NCBI GenBank assembly: GCA_038229115.1
Contig: JBBROQ010000002.1
Location: 1-52,126, forward strand
Direction of reading: 5' to 3'
From: Planctomycetota bacterium
Lineage (GTDB): Bacteria > Planctomycetota > UBA11346
Length of the DNA: 52,126 nucleotides
Numbering within the stretch: the stretch's first letter is position 1; each line of letters starts with the position of its first letter. Positions 38,037 through 45,924 of this stretch are shown one piece after another. The position numbers were made by a program, and so were the translations under genes. The notes under the pieces are model-generated. The model worked only from the letters and a program-made list of their open reading frames with translations. It did no database searches and had not been told where the DNA came from.

Positions 38037-40027
38037 GTACGCCGCTCATTTCCCTGCACGGCCTCAGTCGCGCGTACACCATGGGCGACACCGTGGTGCA
38101 CGCGCTGCGCGACGTGTCGCTGGACATCATGCCCGGCGAATTCGTGGCCATCATCGGGCCGTCGGGCAGCGGTAAGACCACGCTGATGTATGTGCTGGGG
38201 CTATTGGATCAGCCGACCGGCGGCAGTTATCGGCTGGACGGTCGCGAGGTCGCGCATCTGGATGACGCGTCGCTGTCGCAGCTGCGCAACCAATCGATCG
38301 GCTATGTGTTTCAGCAGTACAACCTGCTGCCGGATTTGAGCGTGACCGAGAACATCGCGTTGGGTCTGGCCTATGCCGGCGTGGACGCGCCGGCGCGCGC
38401 GGCCCGGGCTGAAGCGTTAGCGACCACGGTGGGTCTTGGCCATCGCTTCACCCACACCGCGCGCGAATTATCCGGCGGACAGATGCAGCGCGTCGCCATC
38501 GCGCGCGGCTTGGCCGGACGGCCGCGTCTGATCCTGGCTGATGAGCCGACCGGCAATCTGGATAGCAAAACTGGCGTCGAAATCATGGCGCTGCTAAGCG
38601 CCCTGCACGCCGATGGTCACACCATCATCATCGTCACTCACGACCCCGGCGTCGCGGCTCAGGCCGACCGCGCGATCCGGATCGTCGATGGTGAGATCGT
38701 GGAAGACAGCCGGCGGACGACGGCGCCTGAGGTACCGAGCACGACCAGCGATGCGCCGTCCTCGGCGCCGTCGCCCGCCGTCGCCGGCATGTCGCTAGCC
38801 GACACGTTCAGCACCGCGATTCGCGAGGGTTTGCTGGCGAACCGCCTGCGCTCGGCGCTGACCATGTTGGGCATCGTATTCGGGATCGCGGCGGTGATCG
38901 CGATGACCGCGATCACCGAAGGTGGAAAGCGGCAGCAGCTCGACCAGATCCGGCAGATCGGCATGAACAATGTGCAGGTGCGGGCGCTGGATTTGGATGG
39001 CGCGCGGTTGCTGCGGCAGCGGCGGATAAATCCGGATGGGCTGACGCGCGAGGATCTGGCCGCGGTCAGCGCCAATGTGCCGGGGATCGTCGCGGCCACC
39101 GCGTGGAAGAACCTGAAGGCCGAGATCCGCCGCGGCGAATATTTGGTGGATGATGCCGCGACGGTCGGCGTCACCGGCGATTTTCCGGCGGTGGCGAATG
39201 TGCAGGTGGCGCGCGGCCGATTCATCGATGCACGCGACGAAGCGACCTTCGCGCGCGTGTGCGTGTTGGGCGCGGCAGTGGCGCGCGGGCTGGGCTTGGC
39301 AGACGACGCCATCGGTGCGGTCATCATCGTCGGCGACGAGCCATGCACGGTGGTCGGCATCACCGTCGAACGTCCCTACACCGTCAGCGACGTGGCCGAC
39401 GTCGCGGTGCAGGATCGCAATCGCGACGTCTACCTGCCGTTGGCCAGCCTCGACGCGTATTTTCGTCACGCCAAATATGACAGCCGCGTCGATGCGCTTA
39501 GCCTGCGTTTGGACAGTGACGAACTGCTGTTGGAGCGCTCGCGCTTGGTGAAGCGCATTGTCAGCGATCGCCATCGCGGGGCCGAGGACTTGGCCGTCGC
39601 GGTGCCGCTGGAAAGTCTGAAGCAGGCGCAGCGCACCAAGGAAGTGTTCAACGTCATCATCGTGGTGATCGCCGCGATTTCGCTGATCGTCGGCGGCATC
39701 GGGATCATGAACATCATGCTCGCCAACGTCACCGCGCGCACGCGTGAGATCGGCATTCGTCGCGCCGTGGGCGCCAGTCGCCGCGACATCATGCGGCAAT
39801 TCTTGGCCGAGGCCGCGCTGATCGCGGCCTGTGGCGGCGTGCTCGGCCTGCTGCTCGGACTCGGCGGCGGCTTGTTAGTGCAGGCGGTGTTCGGCTTCCC
39901 AGTCGCTTTCAACGCCGCGATCATGCTGATCGCAGTCGGTTCATCGACCGCCATCGGCATTGGTTTCGGTCTGTATCCGGCGTGGCTGGCGGCGCGCATG
40001 AATCCGGTCGAGGCGCTTCGTGCCTGA
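38033..40027 (+). CDS. macB: MacB-type fused ABC ATPase/permease
   Basis: ATG 38033; [35 protein letters not shown]; [17 protein letters not shown]; [28 protein letters not shown]; [16 protein letters not shown]. Confidence 0.92.
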   Translation: MSTPLISLHGLSRAYTMGDTVVHALRDVSLDIMPGEFVAIIGPSGSGKTTLMYVLGLLDQPTGGSYRLDGREVAHLDDASLSQLRNQSIGYVFQQYNLLPDLSVTENIALGLAYAGVDAPARAARAEALATTVGLGHRFTHTARELSGGQMQRVAIARGLAGRPRLILADEPTGNLDSKTGVEIMALLSALHADGHTIIIVTHDPGVAAQADRAIRIVDGEIVEDSRRTTAPEVPSTTSDAPSSAPSPAVAGMSLADTFSTAIREGLLANRLRSALTMLGIVFGIAAVIAMTAITEGGKRQQLDQIRQIGMNNVQVRALDLDGARLLRQRRINPDGLTREDLAAVSANVPGIVAATAWKNLKAEIRRGEYLVDDAATVGVTGDFPAVANVQVARGRFIDARDEATFARVCVLGAAVARGLGLADDAIGAVIIVGDEPCTVVGITVERPYTVSDVADVAVQDRNRDVYLPLASLDAYFRHAKYDSRVDALSLRLDSDELLLERSRLVKRIVSDRHRGAEDLAVAVPLESLKQAQRTKEVFNVIIVVIAAISLIVGGIGIMNIMLANVTARTREIGIRRAVGASRRDIMRQFLAEAALIAACGGVLGLLLGLGGGLLVQAVFGFPVAFNAAIMLIAVGSSTAIGIGFGLYPAWLAARMNPVEALRA

Positions 40028-40090
40028 CCGGCCTTTGGTGCCTGACCGGCCTTTGGTGCCTGACGGGGTCCGGGTGCCTGACGGGGATCA
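40020..40090 (+). repeat. Four degenerate 18-bp tandem repeats (GTGCCTGAC core)
   Basis: GTGCCTGACCGGCCTTTG x2 (40020, 40038), GTGCCTGACGGGGTCCGG (40056), GTGCCTGACGGGGATCA (40074). Confidence 0.9.
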
Positions 40091-40955
40091 TTGGCCGGAG
40101 GCGCAGGATCTGGGTTCGTGGACACGCCTGTTGGCCGTGGGCGAGGCGCTGCCGCTGCGCGTGCGCTGCCATCGGGTGAACGTCGAGCGCATGCGCACGC
40201 ACTGCGTGCCAGCGCATCGACACGACCATTACGAAGTGATGATCGCCATCCGCGGCACCTACGCCTGCATGGTGCAAAATCAGGCGCTATCGGTCGCCGC
40301 GCCCGGTGCGGTGGTGGTGCGGCCGGGCGATGTGCATGAGGACCGCTGCACTGGCGCAGTGACGTTTGCGTCGGTCAATTTCGCCGTGATGCCAGGGCCG
40401 ACGCCGTTCCGATCCTTGGATGTGTTTGCCGCCGAAGCGCCGGTCGCAAGTCTGGCGATCCATCATGCCGACGAGCTGGTGGCGTTGGCGCAGCGTTTGA
40501 GCGCAACCTGGCGGCGACGCGATCCGTTCATCGCGCAGTTGCAGGACAACCTGGCCGAAGAACTGCTGTGGCGAATATTGGGCCTAGTGCCGATCGCCAC
40601 GGTCGCGCCGGCATTGGCGACGCGCTTAGCCCATCAGGGTTTCGCGGCCGAGTTCACCGCGTTGCTGACGCAGCAGCTGTCGGCGTCGTTAGACGTGCCC
40701 GGCCTCGCCGCGGCGTTGGGCATCAGTACGCGCACGATGTCGCAGAAATGCGTCGCGGTGTTCGGAACCTCGCCCGCGCGCTACGTCGCGCGGTTGCGCA
40801 TGGAGCAGGCGAAGGCGCTGTTGGTGCAAACCGATTTGTCGGTGAAGCGCATCGCGGATTATTTGGGCTTCGCCGACCAGTTCCATTTTTCCAAGGTCTA
40901 CAAACGCGTGCACGGCGTGGCTCCGGCGCGGGAACGGCTGACTCCAGAAGCTTGA
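40020..40955 (+). CDS. AraC-family transcriptional regulator with cupin sensor domain
   Basis: HRHDHYE..PGDVHED cupin; LDVPGLAAALGIS..RLRMEQAKALL..IADYLGFADQFHFSKVYKR; start could be any of four in-frame GTGs. Confidence 0.9.
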   Translation: MPDRPLVPDRPLVPDGVRVPDGDHWPEAQDLGSWTRLLAVGEALPLRVRCHRVNVERMRTHCVPAHRHDHYEVMIAIRGTYACMVQNQALSVAAPGAVVVRPGDVHEDRCTGAVTFASVNFAVMPGPTPFRSLDVFAAEAPVASLAIHHADELVALAQRLSATWRRRDPFIAQLQDNLAEELLWRILGLVPIATVAPALATRLAHQGFAAEFTALLTQQLSASLDVPGLAAALGISTRTMSQKCVAVFGTSPARYVARLRMEQAKALLVQTDLSVKRIADYLGFADQFHFSKVYKRVHGVAPARERLTPEA

Positions 40956-40984
40956 ATCAGCCGTCTGATGCGTGCAGCGGCGAC

Positions 40985-41046
40985 TGCCGAAATAGACATC
41001 CGCTTCGCCGTTCGCGCCATTCGGTTGCGGTTTTTGCTGATAAAAT
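40985..41046 (+). promoter_or_regulatory. Putative AraC-type tandem operator and -10 element
   Basis: GCCG-N7-CAT at 40986 and 41007 (21-bp period), TAAAAT at 41041-41046, upstream of the oxidoreductase start 41093. Confidence 0.45.
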
Positions 41047-41092
41047 CAGGCCCATCGCCGGCAGCGTCCGGCCCCACCCGCGAGAGCCTGCC

Positions 41093-42187
41093 ATGACTAC
41101 AAAACATCAACCGCCCCTGCGCCTGGGCATCATCGGCTGCGGCGGCATCATGCGCGGCGCCCATCTGCCCGGGTGGAAAAGCGCCGGCAACATCGAGATC
41201 GTCGCCGCCTGCGACAGCAATCCGGACACGCTGGCGCGCTTCGCCGCTGAATTTGGCATCGCGCACACCACCACCGACTATCGCGAACTGGCCACGCGCA
41301 CCGATATTGACGTGATCGACATCGCCACGCCCAATCGCCTGCACACCCCGGCGGCGCTCGCGGCCCTGAACAGCGGCAAGCATGTGCTGTGCGAAAAGCC
41401 GTTGGCCACCACCACTGCCGAAGTGCGCGCGTTGGCTGCTGCGGCGCTGAAGGCGGATCGACTGCTGATGACCGCGCAGCATATGCGCTGGACGCCGATG
41501 GGTGTGGCCTGTCGACGCTGGGTCGAGGCCGGCAATCTGGGTCAGGTTTATCACGCGCGTATCCACGCATTGCGCCGCAATTGGTTGCCGGGCGCGCCGA
41601 CCTTTATCGATGACAGTCTGAGCGGCGGCGGGCCGTGTATGGACATCGGCGTGCATGCGTTGGATCTAGGCATGTGGCTGATGGGCAACCCGACCCCGGT
41701 GCGGGTAAGCGGCACCACGCGGGTGAATTTTGCTAAGGGCGACCGCATCCCCGGCGCCTGGGGCGAATGGGATCGCGACCGCTTCACGGTTGAAGACTTT
41801 GCCTCGGGCTTCGTGCATTTCGACAACGGCGCGACCATGGTGATCGAGTCGTCGTGGCTCCAGCATCAGAAGGAGCGCGAGGATTTCAGCGCGCAGCTGT
41901 TCGGCGATCAGGCCTCGCTGCATTGGCCCAGTGGCGAGTTCCAAACCGCAGTGAATCGCGTGTTGGTCGATGGTCGCTTGGATCAGGTGGAAGGTTTACC
42001 GCCGGCGCATTCGGGCGAGATCCACGCCTTTGTCGACGCGATCAGAAACGGCAAACCGTCGCCGGTGCCGGTCGCGGAAACGCTCAAAGTTATCAGTATC
42101 CTTGAGGCCATCGTGGAGTCGGGGAAGACAGGCCGCGAAGTGCGGCTTGATCATAGTGCTGGTAAGTCGCTGGGGGCCACGCCATGA
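41093..42187 (+). CDS. Gfo/Idh/MocA family oxidoreductase
   Basis: ATG 41093; LRLGIIGCGGI, IATPNRLH, GKHVLCEKPLA, SGGGPCMDIGVHALD. Confidence 0.92.
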   Translation: MTTKHQPPLRLGIIGCGGIMRGAHLPGWKSAGNIEIVAACDSNPDTLARFAAEFGIAHTTTDYRELATRTDIDVIDIATPNRLHTPAALAALNSGKHVLCEKPLATTTAEVRALAAAALKADRLLMTAQHMRWTPMGVACRRWVEAGNLGQVYHARIHALRRNWLPGAPTFIDDSLSGGGPCMDIGVHALDLGMWLMGNPTPVRVSGTTRVNFAKGDRIPGAWGEWDRDRFTVEDFASGFVHFDNGATMVIESSWLQHQKEREDFSAQLFGDQASLHWPSGEFQTAVNRVLVDGRLDQVEGLPPAHSGEIHAFVDAIRNGKPSPVPVAETLKVISILEAIVESGKTGREVRLDHSAGKSLGATP

Positions 42188-43194
42188 AACCGATCAACCT
42201 TGCACTGATCTCCACCGCGCACATCCACACCAGGGAGTTTATCAGCAACATCACCGCCGGCACCGACGGCCGGCGCGTGCACGTCATCTGGGACGACCTG
42301 TCCGAACGCGGGCAGCGTTATGCCGACGACTGCGGCGCGCGCTTTGTCCCGGATCTGGCCGCGGTGCTGGCCGATCCGACGGTCGATGGCTTCATCATCT
42401 GCGCCGAGAACACCCGGCATCTGCCGCTGCTCGAACACGTGCTGCCGGTCGGAAAGCCGGTGTTCTGCGAAAAGCCGATCGTCACCACCGTGCCGGAAGT
42501 GGCGCGCGTGCGAGCCCTGGTCGCCAAGCACGGCACCACATTATTCGCTGGTTATTACAAGCCATTCACCGGTGCCCTGCAGGCCGCAGCGGCGGCCATG
42601 GCGGCCGGGCGTTTGGGTCAGGTCACGCATGTGCGCTACCGCAATGCGCATCACGCCGCCTATGGCCGGTGGTTCGATAACCCCGATCTGGCGTGGTTCA
42701 CCAAGCCCGAACTGGCCGGCGGCGGCGCGTTCATGGACATGGGCACGCACGCGGTGCATCTGCTGCGCACGCTGTGCGGCCCGGTGCGGCGCGTGTGGGC
42801 GACCATCGGCAATGCCAGCGGCGCCTATCCACAGGTAGACGACTGGGGCATCGCGCACCTCGACTTTGCTTCTGGCGTGCAGGGCACAGTCGAGGCCAGT
42901 TGGGTCCAGACCGGTGGGCATGGCGGCTTGGAAATCATCGGCGCGCAGGCCGCTGCGTGGGGCGGCGACGGCGGCATCGAAACCGCCGCGCCCGGACAGC
43001 CGGCGGTGAAGCTTGAACCGTTACCCGATCGTCCGCGGCAGGTCGACCGCTTGGTCGCCGCGATCCAAGGTCGCCTGACGCCGGCCGAATTAACGGCGGA
43101 TCTGGACGCCTGTTTGGACGCGGTCGCGATCATGGATGCGGCTTACCGTTCAGCCGCGAGCGGCCAGTGGGTGGATGTGGCCACGGTGAACTGA
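42184..43194 (+). CDS. Gfo/Idh/MocA family oxidoreductase
   Basis: GKPVFCEKP, WF.KPELAGGGAFMDMGTHAVH; ATGA overlap. Confidence 0.9.
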   Translation: MKPINLALISTAHIHTREFISNITAGTDGRRVHVIWDDLSERGQRYADDCGARFVPDLAAVLADPTVDGFIICAENTRHLPLLEHVLPVGKPVFCEKPIVTTVPEVARVRALVAKHGTTLFAGYYKPFTGALQAAAAAMAAGRLGQVTHVRYRNAHHAAYGRWFDNPDLAWFTKPELAGGGAFMDMGTHAVHLLRTLCGPVRRVWATIGNASGAYPQVDDWGIAHLDFASGVQGTVEASWVQTGGHGGLEIIGAQAAAWGGDGGIETAAPGQPAVKLEPLPDRPRQVDRLVAAIQGRLTPAELTADLDACLDAVAIMDAAYRSAASGQWVDVATVN

Positions 43195-43260
43195 GCGCAG
43201 TCATGGGCGGCGGCGCCGGTCAGTTTGCCCACGGCCGACAAGCGCCATGCTGCGCCGCCC

Positions 43261-43989
43261 ATGACTGCCTTCAGTGCCAATCTCAACAAAATCGCCCTGC
43301 TGCGGAACACCCGCGACAACGGTTATCCGGATCTGCTGCGCGCCGGGCTGATCAGCATCGGTGCGGGCGCCAACGGTCTGACCGTGCATCCGCGGCCGGA
43401 TCAGCGCCACACGCGCATGAACGATGTGCATCAGCTGCGCGCGCTGACGTCTGAGCATCACGTCGAGTTCAATGTCGAAGGCTATCCCGCCGACGATTTC
43501 CTGGCCTTGGTCTGCGCGGCGCGGCCCGAGCAATGCACCTTGGTGCCCGATTGGCCGGGCCAGCGCACCAGCGATCACGGGTGGGACGCGCAGAATCATC
43601 GCGAGTTGCTGACGCGGGTGGTCGAGCGGCTCAAAGGCGCGGGTATTCGCGTGTCGTTGTTTTTGGATCCTGAACCAGCGCAGGTTGCGCACGCGAAGGC
43701 CACCGGCGCGGATCGCATCGAGTTGTACACCGAGCCGTATGCGCGCTCGTTCGCCACCGGCGATCGCGCGGCGATGCTGGCGCGCTATCGCGAAACCGCG
43801 GTCGCGGCGCAGGCATTGGGGTTGGGCGTCAACGCTGGGCATGATCTGACGCTGGAGAATCTGCCGGCGTTTTTGGCCGCGGTGCCGACGGTGTTGGAAG
43901 TCAGCATCGGGCACGCGCTGATCAGCGATGCACTGGAATACGGCCTCGCGGATGCCGTGCGCAAATACGTCGCGATATGCCGCGCATGA
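43261..43989 (+). CDS. pdxJ: Pyridoxine 5'-phosphate synthase
   Basis: SANLNKIALLRNTR, GLTVHPRPDQRH, FNVEGYP, QCTLVPD, TSDHGW, RIELYTEPY, NAGHDL, EVSIGHALI. Confidence 0.96.
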   Translation: MTAFSANLNKIALLRNTRDNGYPDLLRAGLISIGAGANGLTVHPRPDQRHTRMNDVHQLRALTSEHHVEFNVEGYPADDFLALVCAARPEQCTLVPDWPGQRTSDHGWDAQNHRELLTRVVERLKGAGIRVSLFLDPEPAQVAHAKATGADRIELYTEPYARSFATGDRAAMLARYRETAVAAQALGLGVNAGHDLTLENLPAFLAAVPTVLEVSIGHALISDALEYGLADAVRKYVAICRA

Positions 43990-45209
43990 GCCACGAACCC
44001 CCGCCCACCCGCGCACAGCAACGCAGGTCATTGCGCGAAGAACTCGACGCGATCCGCGCACAGGGACGCCTGCGCACGCGCCCAGTGATCGACGGGCCAG
44101 ACGGGCATGTGGTGCGCCTGCATGTCGACGGCAAACGCGTGGCGCTGATCAATTGGGCGTCGAACGATTATCTGGGCGCGGCGCAAAACCTGCGCGTGCG
44201 CAACGGCGCGTTCAAAGCGCTGCGCAGCTACGGCGCGGGCGCGGGCGCGGCGCGGTTGTTGTCGGGCGGGCTGCGCATTCACCGCCGGCTGGAAGAACGC
44301 TGCGCCAGTTGGTGGGGGGTCGAAGACGTGCTGGTCACCTCTTCGGGTTACCAAGCCAACATCGCCGCGCTGGTCAGTCTGTGCATAACCAGCGAAGACG
44401 TGCTGATTCTGGACCGTCTCTGTCACGCGTCGCTGTACGACGGCGCGCGTTTGTCCTGTGGGACGCTGATGCGTTTTCGGCACAACGACGTCGCCGATTT
44501 GGAGACCCAACTGGAGCGCAGCAGCGGCGCGCCGCGGCGCATCGTGGTGGTCGAGGCGATCTATTCGATGGACGGCGACGAAGCGCCGTTGGCTGCGATC
44601 CACGCGTTGTGCGAACGTCATGGCGCGCTGTTGGTGGTCGACGAAGCGCACGCCCTTGGCGTGGTCGGGCCGGGCGGGCGCGGACTGTGCGCGGATCTGG
44701 GCCTGACGCCGGATCTGCGCATCGCGACCTGCTCGAAAAGTTTGGGCAGTCAGGGCGGCCTGATCGCTGGCGACCGCGACCTGATCGAGCTGTGCGTGAA
44801 TCGTGGGCGCGCGTTTATCTTTTCGACCGCGCCGGTGCCGGCGGCGATGGGCGCGGCGCATGCGGCGCTGACGTTGCTGGACGATCAGCCTGAACTGCCG
44901 GCGTTGTTGGTCGCGCGCGCGACCGCGCTGCGCGAAGCGCTGCGCGCGCAGGGCTGGGCGGTGCCGGCTGGACGTTCGCCGATCATTCCGCTGATTGCCG
45001 GCGACGAAGCCGCCGCGTTGGCGTTGGCCGCACGGCTGCGCGCGCTGGGCCATCATGCGCCGGCGATCCGACCGCCGACGGTGCCGGCGGGTGCGTGCCG
45101 CGTGCGCTTGAATGTGACCCTGGCGCACACCGACAGCGATCTGCGCAAACTGACGCGCGCGCTGGCGACGATCCGCGCCGAGCAGACGGCTGCGGAAACG
45201 TCGGCGTGA
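43986..45209 (+). CDS. bioF: 8-amino-7-oxononanoate synthase
   Basis: ASNDYLG, SGYQAN, HASLYDG, FRHND, YSMDGD, VDEAHALG, TCSKSLG, FSTA, AIRPPTVP. Confidence 0.9.
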   Translation: MSHEPPPTRAQQRRSLREELDAIRAQGRLRTRPVIDGPDGHVVRLHVDGKRVALINWASNDYLGAAQNLRVRNGAFKALRSYGAGAGAARLLSGGLRIHRRLEERCASWWGVEDVLVTSSGYQANIAALVSLCITSEDVLILDRLCHASLYDGARLSCGTLMRFRHNDVADLETQLERSSGAPRRIVVVEAIYSMDGDEAPLAAIHALCERHGALLVVDEAHALGVVGPGGRGLCADLGLTPDLRIATCSKSLGSQGGLIAGDRDLIELCVNRGRAFIFSTAPVPAAMGAAHAALTLLDDQPELPALLVARATALREALRAQGWAVPAGRSPIIPLIAGDEAAALALAARLRALGHHAPAIRPPTVPAGACRVRLNVTLAHTDSDLRKLTRALATIRAEQTAAETSA

Positions 45210-45838
45210 GCGACGCCACCACGCTGGCCGAAACGTTAACCGCCATAAGCGCACACCGCGCGCAGTTGCTCCAATGCACTGCCTGCCCGCGCATGATCCG
45301 GCCGGTGGTTTCGGGCGCGGCAGTGGTCTCGCCGGTGTATATGGTCGGGCAGGCGCCGGGCCCGCACGAAGGCCGCTTCGGCAAACCCTTCGCGTGGACC
45401 GCCGGCAAACGCCTGTTTTCGTGGTATGGCTCCATCGGCGTCGACGAAGCGACCTTTCGCGAGCGCGCCTACATCGCTGCGGTCTGTCGTTGTTTCCCTG
45501 GGAAAAATCCTCAGGGCGGCGGCGACCGAGTGCCGGAAGACACGGAAATCGCCGCCTGTTCAGCCTGGATGCGGCGCGAAATCGAGTTGCTGCGCCCAAC
45601 CCTCATCATTGCTGTCGGACGCTTGGCGATCTCGCGTTTTCTGCCCGCAGCGCCGCTGGCGGAATTGGTCGGACCCCTGCACCGCGTCACTGCCTTCGGC
45701 CATCAGGCCGATCTCATCGCGCTGCCGCATCCGTCCGGCGCGTCGACGTGGTTCAAAATGGAACCGGGCATCACGCTGTTGGCGCAGGCGCTGGCTACGC
45801 TGGGCGCGCAGCCGGCGTGGCAGGCGCTCAAGCGCTGA
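45206..45838 (+). CDS. Uracil-DNA glycosylase superfamily protein (Fe-S type)
   Basis: GTG start 45206 overlapping bioF stop; CTAC, VGQAPG, CRCFPGK..GGDRVP..EIAAC, LPHPSG. Confidence 0.88.
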   Translation: MSDATTLAETLTAISAHRAQLLQCTACPRMIRPVVSGAAVVSPVYMVGQAPGPHEGRFGKPFAWTAGKRLFSWYGSIGVDEATFRERAYIAAVCRCFPGKNPQGGGDRVPEDTEIAACSAWMRREIELLRPTLIIAVGRLAISRFLPAAPLAELVGPLHRVTAFGHQADLIALPHPSGASTWFKMEPGITLLAQALATLGAQPAWQALKR

Positions 45839-45866
45839 CCGAAAAACGGGGAAAAAGCAGTCAGAA

Positions 45867-45904
45867 AACGCGATCGGCCGAGCAACTGCTCGGCCGATCG
45901 CGTT
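45867..45904. terminator. Perfect 17-bp inverted repeat between convergent genes
   Basis: AACGCGATCGGCCGAGC-AACT-GCTCGGCCGATCGCGTT; A-tracts on the left give a T-rich tail for the minus strand. Confidence 0.8.
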
Positions 45905-45924
45905 GACGCACTGATGTCTGCTGC

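Noticed and set aside
40020-40090. Possible mini CRISPR array
   Set aside because: Units are 18-bp head-to-tail with no unique spacers, lie in coding sequence, and no cas genes are present
44028-45599. Long antisense/alternate-frame ORFs (e.g. 44028..45599, 28072..29082, 14242..15219, 38795..39799)
   Set aside because: Arg/Ala/Pro-rich shadows of well-supported genes, expected in high-GC DNA
43261-45838. pdxJ-bioF-UDG as a novel pathway
   Set aside because: Three ordinary housekeeping enzymes; the coupling is most simply operon shuffling
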